DNA of 64,000 nt from an uncultured Alphaproteobacteria bacterium (GTDB taxonomy: Bacteria > Pseudomonadota > Alphaproteobacteria > Rhizobiales > Xanthobacteraceae), in assembly GCA_963835165.1 (NCBI GenBank), contig CAWIGD010000018.1, positions 197,774-261,773 of the forward strand. Reading direction: 5' to 3'. The notes under the pieces were generated by a model, which had not been told where the DNA came from, ran no database searches, and saw nothing but the letters and a program-made list of their open reading frames with translations. Of the stretch, positions 40,258 to 49,008 are shown piece after piece. Position numbers and translations under genes: made by a program. How positions within the stretch are numbered: position 1 is the first letter of the stretch; every line of letters begins with the position of its first letter.

Positions 40258-40950
40258 ATGGCCGGGGAAGGTCTGGTCAAACTGTTGCAGGTTGCCGGTG
40301 CGGCACTCGGGATTCCCGCGGCGGCCGCCGGTACCTTTGCGGCTTACCAGAACTATTTCTCGACCGACGTGACCTGTCAGAAGCTCAGGAACAACATCAT
40401 CGCGACCATGGAGCGAAGCGTCGCGCCTGAAACCAAGCGCAGCTTGCTCAGGAAGGACGTGAACGAGTTCGACAAGTTGTGCGGCGAGGGCGATCCGGAT
40501 GCGCGCACCATTTTCCATGCCGCGGTCGCGGTCGAACATCCGGCGCCTGCGGCGGCCGAGAGCGGGCATGCCACCACGGCGGACGCCGCTCCCGCCACCG
40601 CCGTCGCGCAGCCGGATTTGTCTCGCCGCTCGCCGCTCCAGTCGGTCGGCGTATTCGGTGCGCCGGGCGCCAAGGAGCATTATGGCTGGGTTGCGCTGGG
40701 TCGCCGGCAGTCCGGGTCTTGGGTGCCCCATTTCAACGGATATGCGATTTCGGACACGTCGCTGCCGCCGCCCGGTACGGTCTTGAGCGCGCAGATGATG
40801 CTTCCGGTCTGGTCCGAGCCGCAGGGGGCGACCAACGATCAGACCAAAATGCAGAGCCGACTTCCGAACGGCGCGTGCGTACGCGTTCTGTCGACGCGCG
40901 GCGGTTCCGGTCGGCTGTGGGCCGAGGTCGCTCCGGCCTCATGCTCGTGA
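40258..40950 (+). CDS. Hypothetical membrane-anchored protein
   Basis: GGAGAG ribosome-binding site. One N-terminal hydrophobic helix, an Ala/Pro-rich linker, and a C-terminal beta-rich domain ending in Cys. No family was recognised. Confidence 0.6.
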   Translation: MAGEGLVKLLQVAGAALGIPAAAAGTFAAYQNYFSTDVTCQKLRNNIIATMERSVAPETKRSLLRKDVNEFDKLCGEGDPDARTIFHAAVAVEHPAPAAAESGHATTADAAPATAVAQPDLSRRSPLQSVGVFGAPGAKEHYGWVALGRRQSGSWVPHFNGYAISDTSLPPPGTVLSAQMMLPVWSEPQGATNDQTKMQSRLPNGACVRVLSTRGGSGRLWAEVAPASCS

Positions 40951-40994
40951 GCGTGGCTGCGATCATTTACGTGCGTCGCCCGCGGACTTGACCA

Positions 40995-41135
40995 CGCAAG
41001 TCGGATTTATCCGACTTGCGCATTTGAAGTACCGAAATCGGGTAAACCCGATTTCGGGGCGGTCCATCGTTCTTCGCAGACGGCTCTTGCGAACAAGATG
41101 GATTGCCGGCTCGAGGCCGGCAATGACGACGAAGA
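40995..41135. repeat. Composite REP-like element (three hairpins)
   Basis: Hairpins GCAAGTCGGA-TTTA-TCCGACTTGC (40995-41018) and CCGAAATCGGG-TAAA-CCCGATTTCGG (41031-41056), plus GATGGATTGCCGGCTCGAGGCCGGCAATGA. Confidence 0.8.
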
Positions 41136-41149
41136 CTCGGATCCAGCCG

Positions 41150-44100
41150 CTAAAACAGCTTGAGCTGCCGGTCTTCGCGTTTGCCGCGCCCGCCCTGCAT
41201 GGGCTGGTGCTTCACCAGCTCGTTTTCGATGTCGCGCAGGAACGGCGATGGTTCCAGCATGTGCGTGCGGCCGCGCCAATGGCGCTGGCGCGCGCGGCTG
41301 AGGATCAGCCGGTCCTTGGCCCGGGTCATGCCGACATAGAACAGCCGACGCTCTTCCGCCATCGCCGCGTCGTCCGGCTCGCCCCAATGCAGCGGCAGCA
41401 GGCCGTCCTCGAGCCCGACGATGAACACGACGGCAAACTCGAGACCCTTGGCGGCATGCAAGGTCAGCAGCGACACGCGGTCGGCGCGCGCATCCCAGAA
41501 TTCCGATTCCGTCGTGAGCGCGGCGGCATCGGCGAAGTGCGCGCGATCGTTGCCCAACCGCTCCGCGAGCGCGATGAGGCGTTGCAACGCCATCGCGATG
41601 GACGCGCCTGCGCCGGCGTCGCCGCGCTCCGCCAGCCGGTTGCCCGCCGCGCGCAGGTCATCCGCCAGCGTCGCCGCGTCGCTGCCGTCGCCGAGTTCCT
41701 GCAACAGGGTGCGCACGGCCGGCTCCTCGGCGAGGGTCGTATGGGAGTGCCGCTGATAAGGAATCCCTGAACGGTCGAGCGCCTCGCGTAGCGACGCCGA
41801 CTGGCCGTCGGTGCGGTAGAGCACGGCGAAGTCTGCGAACGACCGGCTGGCCTGCGGGCCGACGGCCGCGCGGCCGCTGTCGATGGAGAAGAAACTGTGC
41901 CCCCCGATCATGTGCTCGATCGTTTTCACCACCGACTCGGCCTCCGCGCGTTCCGTCGGCGCGGTATGGATGGCGATCCTCTCGTGCATGTCACGCACGA
42001 TCTCGGCGACCGGCTCGTTCGGCCGTGGCGCAATCACCTGCGAGGACGCCGTGACGATGGTGCCGGTCGAGCGGTAGTTGCGCGCAAGCCGTACGATCCG
42101 GGCCTCCGGGTAATCTTGCCGGAAGCGGTCGAAGCAGGACGCGTCGGCGCCGCGAAAGCCGTAGATCGCCTGGTTGGGATCGCCGATTGCGCACAGGTTG
42201 CCGTCGGGCGGCGCCAGCAAGGTCAGCAGCCGGTATTGCTGCTCGTCGACATCCTGGAATTCGTCGACCGAGATCCATCGCAGGCGGCTGCGGTAGAGCT
42301 CGGTAATGCGCGCATCCGACACCAGCACCCGGACCGAAAGCGCGACCAGGTCGTCGAAGTCGATCCAGTTGCGCAACGCCATCGCGCGGGCATAGGCCGC
42401 CCGCGCCTCCGTCACCTCGGCGCCCGCCCAGCTCTGCGTGCGCTTCTCCCGGGAGATCCCGCGCAGCAGGCGTTCGGCCTTGTGCGCGCTGAGCTCCAGC
42501 GTCGCAGCGAGGAGTTCGATGCGCTCGGCCTCGCCCGCGACGCGAAAGCCGTGATCGAGCCCGGCTGCGCTCGCATGCTCGCGCAGGATGGCGAGACCGA
42601 GCGAATGGAAGGTGTGAATGGCGACCTTGCCCGTGCTGGTGGGCAGCAGGCGTGCAAGGCGCTCCCGCATCTCGGCGGCGGCGCGGCGGGTGAAGGTGAT
42701 GGCGAGGCAGTTCTCCGCCGCGGCGCCGCGCTCTGCCACCAGATGGGCGATGCGATAGGTGAGGGTGCGGGTCTTTCCCGAGCCCGGACCCGCGACGATC
42801 AGCAGCGGCCCGTCCACGATGCCGGCGGCCGCGCGCTGATCCTCGTCGAGCTGCGCGAGAATGCCGGACGCGGTGGTGCTGGTGCGGTCGGAGACGATGC
42901 GCAGCAGCGGCCGCGCCGACTTGACCGGCGCGTCCTCCTGCGCTGCGGGGGAGGGCGCGGCGGGCCTCACCGCTCCGGCGGGCTTTCGCTTCGACATCGG
43001 CGCGTCGAACAGCAAGGCGCCGCTGGTCAGCCGCTTGAGTTCGTTCTCCTCGAACAGGCGGATGACGCCATATTCCCCGTCATAGCCGGCATCACGGATG
43101 ACGTGACCGGTGCGCAGGCGCGTGATCGCCTCGGCCAGGATCGCGGACCCGGCATGCGCGATGTCCTCGACCGGGACCGACTGCAGGATCGAAAGCTCGG
43201 CGCCCAGTTTGGCGATCGCGTGGTCGTAGCTGCGCGCCACCGCGTGCGACGCCGCGCCGGTGGCGGTGAGCTCGGAGAGGATCTCCGGCAGCGGCACCAG
43301 GCTCGAGACCGCGCCGGCGGTCGGCGGCGCCGCCGCCTGCGCTTGGCTGCGGTCGGCGAGCACCTCGACCCGGTGCTCGACCCCGATCGTCAGCGGCTGG
43401 CCGCAGACCGGACAAAGGCCGCCATGGGCGAGCGTCTCCTTGGGAGAGAGCCGCACCTCGCATTTCCGATGGCCGTCGAGGTGATACTTCCCCTCCTCGG
43501 GGAAGAACTCGACCGTGCCGGCATAGCCGTGGCCGCTCTCGAGCGCATGCTTGATGGCGAAGTAGTCGACCTCGCAGTCGAAGGTGGTGGCCTCGCGCCC
43601 GAGCTTGCCCGGCGAATGCGCATCGGAGTTGGAGGTGAGACGATAGCGGTCGAGAAACGACACCCGCCAGTTCATCGCCGGATCGGACGACAGCCCCGTT
43701 TCCACGGCGAAGATGCGATCGGCGAGATCGCCGTAGCAGTCGGCGATCGAGTTGAAACCGGATTGCGATCCGAGCGCCGCGAACCACGGCGTCCAGATAT
43801 GCGCCGGCACCAGGTAGGCATGGGGGCCGGCTTCGAGCGCGATCTCAAGGAGATCGCGGGAATCGAGGCCGAGAATGGGGCGGCCGTCGGAGGCGATATT
43901 GCCGATGCGCGCGAGCCGCGTCGACATGCGGTCGACGGTCTCGAAGTCGGGGGCATAGATCAGGTGATGGATTTTGCGGGTGCGGTCACCCTTCTTGTAG
44001 ATGGTCGAGATTTCGACCTCGAGCATGAACCGCACCGGCGTGCGGCACGCCGGCGGCAGCGTCTGCGCCACCGCCTGCTCGATGTCGTCGCGTAGGCGGT

Positions 44101-44290
44101 AGAGGCCGGGCTCGGCCGGCACCAGCTTTTGCTTGAGCTCGGCGCACCAGGCGGGATGGGTGAAGTCGCCGGTGGCGACCACGCCGATGCCCTTGCGGCA
44201 GGCCCATGCGGCGAGATGCTCGAGATCGAGATCGCGGCTGGTCGCGCGGGAATATTTCGAGTGGACGTGCAGGTCCGCGTGGAAGCGCAT
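41150..44290 (-). CDS. Fusion protein: EndoQ-like PHP-domain nuclease (TIGR00375-like) N-terminal, UvrD/PcrA superfamily 1 helicase C-terminal
   Basis: N-terminal motifs: ADLHVHSKYS, ATGDFTHP, IHHLIY, SDGRP, PAHIWTPW, SNSDAHSPGKLGRE, GKYHLDGHRKC, CPVCG. Helicase motifs: GPGSGKT, VDEFQD, GDPNQAIYGFRGA, NYRST, LHAAKGLEF, YVGMTRA. An alternative ATG start lies at 44335. Confidence 0.85.
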   Translation of the reverse strand: MRFHADLHVHSKYSRATSRDLDLEHLAAWACRKGIGVVATGDFTHPAWCAELKQKLVPAEPGLYRLRDDIEQAVAQTLPPACRTPVRFMLEVEISTIYKKGDRTRKIHHLIYAPDFETVDRMSTRLARIGNIASDGRPILGLDSRDLLEIALEAGPHAYLVPAHIWTPWFAALGSQSGFNSIADCYGDLADRIFAVETGLSSDPAMNWRVSFLDRYRLTSNSDAHSPGKLGREATTFDCEVDYFAIKHALESGHGYAGTVEFFPEEGKYHLDGHRKCEVRLSPKETLAHGGLCPVCGQPLTIGVEHRVEVLADRSQAQAAAPPTAGAVSSLVPLPEILSELTATGAASHAVARSYDHAIAKLGAELSILQSVPVEDIAHAGSAILAEAITRLRTGHVIRDAGYDGEYGVIRLFEENELKRLTSGALLFDAPMSKRKPAGAVRPAAPSPAAQEDAPVKSARPLLRIVSDRTSTTASGILAQLDEDQRAAAGIVDGPLLIVAGPGSGKTRTLTYRIAHLVAERGAAAENCLAITFTRRAAAEMRERLARLLPTSTGKVAIHTFHSLGLAILREHASAAGLDHGFRVAGEAERIELLAATLELSAHKAERLLRGISREKRTQSWAGAEVTEARAAYARAMALRNWIDFDDLVALSVRVLVSDARITELYRSRLRWISVDEFQDVDEQQYRLLTLLAPPDGNLCAIGDPNQAIYGFRGADASCFDRFRQDYPEARIVRLARNYRSTGTIVTASSQVIAPRPNEPVAEIVRDMHERIAIHTAPTERAEAESVVKTIEHMIGGHSFFSIDSGRAAVGPQASRSFADFAVLYRTDGQSASLREALDRSGIPYQRHSHTTLAEEPAVRTLLQELGDGSDAATLADDLRAAGNRLAERGDAGAGASIAMALQRLIALAERLGNDRAHFADAAALTTESEFWDARADRVSLLTLHAAKGLEFAVVFIVGLEDGLLPLHWGEPDDAAMAEERRLFYVGMTRAKDRLILSRARQRHWRGRTHMLEPSPFLRDIENELVKHQPMQGGRGKREDRQLKLF

Positions 44291-44611
44291 GCGAGCCACG
44301 CCTTCTTCCCCCGATTCGGGTGGACGCGCCGACATAAGCGGTGATTCGCGATCATGCGCAAAGGACTCCCTGTGGACATCGTTGCATTTAAAGAGATTTT
44401 GCCTGTCGGTCCGGAATGGAGTTCCGTCCAGGGGAGGGCCTGGGCAGCGGCTGCATGCTGCATGCTTGCTGGGCGCGCTGCCCAAGATTGCGCCACCGCG
44501 GCGGCGCCGGTCCTTGGATGGCCGCCGCTTCGCCGGTTACGCGCCTGACAGAACGTGGGAATCTTGCCCGCGGGCGGTGTTGGCATGGCGCTTGAAGCTA
44601 GCCCGCCGCGC

Positions 44612-45196
44612 ATGCAGTCCTCGCTCAAGATCGTCATCGTCGACGAGAATCCCATCCGCGCGGCGATCCTGGAAGACGGGCTGCGCGAGGCCGGCCACGT
44701 CCATGTGGTGCGCGTCGACGAGATGTCGCATCTGCTCGCGCGCATCTACACGATCGATCCCGACGTCATCCTGATCGACCTCGAAAATCCCAGCCGCGAC
44801 GTGCTCGAGCAGATGTTCCAGGTCAGCCGCGCGGTGAAGCGGCCGGTCGCCATGTTCGTCGATCAGAGCGACACCGCCTCGATCGAGGCCGCCGTCGATG
44901 CCGGCGTCTCCGCCTACATCGTCGGCGGGATGCAGAAGGAGCGAATCAAGAACATCCTCGATCTCTGCATCTCGCGCTTCAATTCCTTTGCGCGGCTGCG
45001 CGACGAGCTCGAGCACGCGCGCACCGCGCTCGAGGAGCGCAAGGTGATCGATCGTGCCAAGGGCATTCTCATGAAGGCGCGGAATCTGAGCGAGGAGGCG
45101 GCTTACGTCCTGCTGCGCAAGACCGCGATGAACGAGAACAAGAAAATCGCCGAGGTCGCCCAGTCGGTGGTCACGGCCGCGGAGTTGTTGCGATGA
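44612..45196 (+). CDS. nasT: ANTAR-domain response regulator NasT (nitrate/nitrite antiterminator)
   Basis: Receiver domain followed by an ANTAR domain (ERKVIDRAKGILM...AYVLLRKTAMNENKKI). ATGA overlap with nasS. Confidence 0.9.
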   Translation: MQSSLKIVIVDENPIRAAILEDGLREAGHVHVVRVDEMSHLLARIYTIDPDVILIDLENPSRDVLEQMFQVSRAVKRPVAMFVDQSDTASIEAAVDAGVSAYIVGGMQKERIKNILDLCISRFNSFARLRDELEHARTALEERKVIDRAKGILMKARNLSEEAAYVLLRKTAMNENKKIAEVAQSVVTAAELLR

Positions 45197-46368
45197 ATGC
45201 AAGCGAAGCGCGATTGCGGATCGGGTTCATCCCGCTTGCCGATGCGGCGGCGCTGATCGTCGCGGTCGACAAGGGCTTCGCCGCCGCCGAGGGCCTGGCT
45301 ATCGAGCTCGTGCGCGAAGTGTCGTGGTCGAACGTGCGGGACAAGCTCAATATCGGCTTGTTCGATGCTGCGCACCTGCTTGCGCCGGTGGCGATCGCGT
45401 CGAGTCTCGGCATCGGCCACGTCAAGGTGCCGATCGTCGCGCCGTTCGGGCTGGGAATGAACGGCAACGCCATCACGGTATCGCCCGCCCTTTACGCCGC
45501 CATCGCCGCCGCAGCCGATGGCAGTATCGTCGACCCCATGGTGTCGGCGCGCGCGCTTGCCCGCGTCGTCGCCAAGCGCAAGGCCGGGGGCGAGGAGCCG
45601 CTGACCTTCGGGATGACCTTCCCGTTCTCGACCCACAACTATCATCTGCGCTTCTGGATGGCGGCCGGGGGCGTCGATCCCGACGAGGATGTCCGTCTGG
45701 TCGTGCTGCCGCCGCCCTATATGGTCGACAGCCTCGCCAACGGACACGTCGACGGATTCTGCGTGGGGGCCCCCTGGAATTCGGTGGCGGTCGACCTCGG
45801 CGTCGGCTTCATCCTCCATTTCGTGTCGGAGATCCTGCTGCGTGCGGCCGAGAAGGTGCTCGCGACGCGCGACCGCTGGGCGCAGGAGCACCCCGACACC
45901 TTGCTGCGGCTCGTGCGCGCCCATGGCCGCGCCGCCGCCTTCATCGAGGACGAAGCCAACCGCGACGAGGTGGCGGCAATGCTCGCCGCGCCCGATCGCA
46001 TCGGCGTCGCCTCCGAGGTGATCCGCCGTACCCTCGACGGCCGCATGAAGGTCGCGCCCGATGGCACCGTGCGGGTGAACGATCGCTACCTGCTCGTCGG
46101 CCGCAAGGGCGCCGCCCGCCCCGACCCGGCGCAGGCGGCGTGGCTCTACGCCCAGATGGTGCGTTGGGGGCAGGCGCCGCTGTCGGCCGAGATGCTGGCC
46201 GCGGCCAAGGCGGTGTTCCGCCCCGACCTCTACGACGCGGCGATCGTGACCGCGGAGCCCACGGTGTCGGGCGAGCCGGCCGATGGGATCGGCGCGTTCG
46301 CCGGGCCGTCCTTCGATCCCGGCGCCGTCGCTGCACACCTCGATAGCTGGACCATCCGGCGGGCGTGA
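45193..46368 (+). CDS. nasS: NrtA-like cytoplasmic nitrate/nitrite sensor NasS
   Basis: NrtA/CmpA fold without a signal peptide (RIGFIPLADAAALIVAVDKGF), coupled to nasT. Confidence 0.85.
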   Translation: MNASEARLRIGFIPLADAAALIVAVDKGFAAAEGLAIELVREVSWSNVRDKLNIGLFDAAHLLAPVAIASSLGIGHVKVPIVAPFGLGMNGNAITVSPALYAAIAAAADGSIVDPMVSARALARVVAKRKAGGEEPLTFGMTFPFSTHNYHLRFWMAAGGVDPDEDVRLVVLPPPYMVDSLANGHVDGFCVGAPWNSVAVDLGVGFILHFVSEILLRAAEKVLATRDRWAQEHPDTLLRLVRAHGRAAAFIEDEANRDEVAAMLAAPDRIGVASEVIRRTLDGRMKVAPDGTVRVNDRYLLVGRKGAARPDPAQAAWLYAQMVRWGQAPLSAEMLAAAKAVFRPDLYDAAIVTAEPTVSGEPADGIGAFAGPSFDPGAVAAHLDSWTIRRA

Positions 46369-46394
46369 TGGCTGCGCGCCCAAGGTTTTTGCGC

Positions 46395-46411
46395 TGCACA
46401 AAGTTTTTGCA
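46395..46411. promoter_or_regulatory. NtrC-like enhancer palindrome TGCACAAAGTTTTTGCA
   Basis: Matches TGCACCA-N3-TGGTGCA with 3 mismatches. It lies about 110 bp upstream of the -24/-12 element. Confidence 0.45.
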
Positions 46412-46518
46412 TGCATGGGCTTGATGCGGGCAGCCGGGTCCCGTCGCCGGCGCGCGGCGATCCGCGGCCGGCAAGCTATCTGATTGAAATAACGATGACT
46501 TGTCGCCCCGACGCGAGT

Positions 46519-46533
46519 TGGCACGAAGCTTGT
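46519..46533 (+). promoter_or_regulatory. Probable sigma-54 promoter TGGCACgaagcTTGT upstream of nrtA
   Basis: Correct GG-N10 spacing, but the -12 element is GT rather than GC. Confidence 0.55.
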
Positions 46534-46551
46534 AAAGCAAGTGACGAGGAC

Positions 46552-46609
46552 CGCCGTCAGCGCTGACGGCGACACGGGTCTTATTGCGGACCGGACAGGC
46601 AACGCCGCC
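46552..46609 (+). promoter_or_regulatory. Candidate ANTAR (NasT) target: hexaloop hairpin plus a weaker second hairpin overlapping the terminator
   Basis: Hairpin 1 (46552-46571) has a 7-bp stem and loop AGCGCT (A1, G4). Hairpin 2 (46598-46609) is GGC-AACGCC-GCC (A1, G4), and its 3' arm is also the terminator 5' arm. Confidence 0.5.
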
Positions 46610-46656
46610 GCCCTGGGGACACACGCTTTCGAGCGCCGGGGGCGGCTTTTTTATTT
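46607..46656 (+). terminator. Intrinsic terminator in the nrtA leader
   Basis: GCCGCCC (46607-46613) pairs with GGGCGGC (46640-46646) and is followed by TTTTTTATTT. It lies 70 nt upstream of the nrtA ATG. Confidence 0.75.
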
Positions 46657-46728
46657 GGTCACCGCAAGCAGCGGAGCGAGCGGGCGTCAGGGAACAGCGA
46701 CACAGTCTCGAGAGGACAACGAACCCAC

Positions 46729-48060
46729 ATGGCCACCACTGGAATCACCGGAATGAAGTCCCGCCGCGGGTTGAGCCGCCGCGCCCTGTTGAAGGCAACC
46801 GCCGGCACCGCCGCGTTGCTCGGCGCTCTGCAGACGAAATTTCCCGGCGGCGTCCACATCGCCCAGGCGGCCGGCCCCGAGGTGAAAAAGGCCAATCTCG
46901 GCTTCATCGCACTGACCGATGCGGCGCCGCTGTTCGTCGCCAAGGAAAAGGGCATCTTCGCCAAATACGGCATGCCCGATGTCGAGGTGCAAAAGCAGGC
47001 GTCGTGGGGTGCCACCCGCGACAACCTCGTGCTCGGGTCCGAGGGCAACGGCATCGACGGCGCGCATATCCTGACGCCCATGCCGTATCTCATCTCCGCC
47101 GGCAAGGTGACCCAGAACAACGTGCCGACGCCGATGTACATCCTGGCGCGGCTCAACCTGGACAGCCAGTGCATCTCGGTCGGGAAGGAATACGCCGAGC
47201 AGCGGATCGGCCTCGACACCAAGCCGTTCAAGGAAGCGCTCGACAAGAAGAAGGCCGCGGGCAAGTCGGTGAAGGCCGCGATGACGTTTCCCGGCGGCAC
47301 CCACGATCTCTGGATCCGTTACTGGCTCGCCGCCGGCGGCATCGATCCCGACAAGGACATCGAGACCATCGTGGTGCCGCCGCCGCAAATGGTGGCGAAC
47401 ATGAAGGTCGGCACCATGGACTGCTTCTGCGTGTGCGAGCCGTGGAACCTGCAGCTCATCCACCAGAACATCGGTTACACCGCGATCACCACCGGCGAGC
47501 TGTGGAACAAGCATCCGGAAAAGTCGCTCGGGCTGCGCGCGGCCTACGTCGACAAATATCCCAACGCCGCCAAGGCGCTGCTGCTGGCGACGATGGAAGC
47601 GCAGATGTGGTGCGAAAAGATGGAGAACCGCGAGGAAGTGGCCGCCATCTGCGCCAAGCGCCAATGGATCAACTGCCCGGTCGAGGACGTGACCGACCGC
47701 ATGAAGGGGAAATTCGATTACGGCATTCCCGGCAAGGTGGTCGAGAACAGCCCCCACATCATGAAGTACTGGCGCGACTTCGCCTCCTATCCGTTCCAGA
47801 GCCACGACCTGTGGTTCATCACCGAGGATATCCGCTGGGGCAAGTTCGAGCCCGATGTCGACGCCAAGGCGCTGATCAAGAAGGTCAACCGCGAGGACCT
47901 GTGGCGCGAAGCCGCCAAGGAACTCAACGTTCCCGCCGACCAGATCCCGACCTCCACGTCGCGCGGCAAGGAGACCTTCTTCGACGGCAAGGTGTTCGAC
48001 CCGGAGGATCCGCGCGCCTACCTGAAGAGCCTGGCGATCAAGCGCGCCGAAATCGGCTGA
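46729..48060 (+). CDS. nrtA: Nitrate ABC transporter substrate-binding protein NrtA
   Basis: Tat signal SRRGLSRRALLKATAG and NrtA family body (LGFIALTDAAPLFVAKEKG). Confidence 0.9.
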   Translation: MATTGITGMKSRRGLSRRALLKATAGTAALLGALQTKFPGGVHIAQAAGPEVKKANLGFIALTDAAPLFVAKEKGIFAKYGMPDVEVQKQASWGATRDNLVLGSEGNGIDGAHILTPMPYLISAGKVTQNNVPTPMYILARLNLDSQCISVGKEYAEQRIGLDTKPFKEALDKKKAAGKSVKAAMTFPGGTHDLWIRYWLAAGGIDPDKDIETIVVPPPQMVANMKVGTMDCFCVCEPWNLQLIHQNIGYTAITTGELWNKHPEKSLGLRAAYVDKYPNAAKALLLATMEAQMWCEKMENREEVAAICAKRQWINCPVEDVTDRMKGKFDYGIPGKVVENSPHIMKYWRDFASYPFQSHDLWFITEDIRWGKFEPDVDAKALIKKVNREDLWREAAKELNVPADQIPTSTSRGKETFFDGKVFDPEDPRAYLKSLAIKRAEIG

Positions 48061-48101
48061 CCGTCCGCTTGCGGGAGACTCCTGACCGGGACACGCACGT
48101 C

Positions 48102-48995
48102 ATGAACATGCCCCTTGTGAAAGCCGAACCCGCGACCGTCACGCCGGCCGCGACAGCGAAGGTGTTGGCGCTGCCGCCGAAGCGGCGGGCGCTGGCGACA
48201 CGGACGGCGACGGTGCTCGGCAAGGTGGCCGAACGCGTCGTGCCGCCGGTCGTGGTCATCGCGGTCGCGTTGCTGATCTGGGAACTGCTCTGCCGCCGGA
48301 CCGGCTCGACGCTGCCGCCGCCGTCGCGCGTCCTCAGCGACACCTGGGAACTGATCATCGATCCGTTCTTCGATCGCGGCGGCCTCGACAAGGGCTTGTT
48401 CTGGCATTTGTCGGCAAGCCTGCAGCGGGTGGCGTTCGGCTACGTGCTGGCGTCGTTCGTCGGGGTCGCGCTCGGCACGCTGGTGGGGCAATCGACCTGG
48501 GCCATGCGCGGGCTCGACCCGATCTTCCAGGTTCTGCGCACGGTGCCGCCGCTCGCTTGGCTGCCGCTCTCGCTTGCCGCCTTCCGCAACGGCCAGCCCT
48601 CGGCGATCTTCGTCATCTTCATCACTGCGATCTGGCCGATCATCATCAACACCGCGGTCGGCATCCGCAACATCCCGCAGGATTACCGCAACGTGGCGCA
48701 GGTCCTTCGGCTCAATCACTTGGAATTCTTCTGGAAGATCATGGTGCCGTCGGCGGCGCCCTACATCTTCACCGGGCTGCGCATCGGTATCGGGTTGTCC
48801 TGGCTCGCCATCGTCGCGGCCGAGATGTTGATCGGCGGCGTCGGCATCGGCTTCTTCATCTGGGACGCGTGGAACTCTTCGCATATCAGCGAGATCATCC
48901 TGGCCCTCGTCTATGTCGGCGTGATCGGCTTCGTGCTCGATCGCATCGTGGCGGGCATCGCCACCGCCGTCACCCACGGCACCGCCGCCAATTGA
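48102..48995 (+). CDS. nrtB: Nitrate ABC transporter permease NrtB
   Basis: Sequence FRNGQPSAIFVIFITAIWPIIINTAVG plus an EAA-like loop. The start was placed at 48102, inside a fused artefactual ORF. Confidence 0.9.
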   Translation: MNMPLVKAEPATVTPAATAKVLALPPKRRALATRTATVLGKVAERVVPPVVVIAVALLIWELLCRRTGSTLPPPSRVLSDTWELIIDPFFDRGGLDKGLFWHLSASLQRVAFGYVLASFVGVALGTLVGQSTWAMRGLDPIFQVLRTVPPLAWLPLSLAAFRNGQPSAIFVIFITAIWPIIINTAVGIRNIPQDYRNVAQVLRLNHLEFFWKIMVPSAAPYIFTGLRIGIGLSWLAIVAAEMLIGGVGIGFFIWDAWNSSHISEIILALVYVGVIGFVLDRIVAGIATAVTHGTAAN

Positions 48996-49008
48996 GAGCG
49001 ATCGCGAC

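Noticed and set aside
44336-44611. SOS box or sigma-54 promoter between the helicase fusion and nasT.
   Set aside because: No GTTC-N7-GTTC motif is present. TGGCATggcgcTTGA (44581-44595) has GA instead of the invariant -12 GC and sits only ~17 nt from the nasT ATG. The tandem CTGCATG CTGCATG has no recognised meaning.
46584-48995. 803-aa ORF apparently fusing nrtA and nrtB.
   Set aside because: Upstream of 48102 this frame is out of phase with nrtA and gives low-complexity sequence. The true nrtB starts at ATG 48102, after the nrtA stop at 48060.
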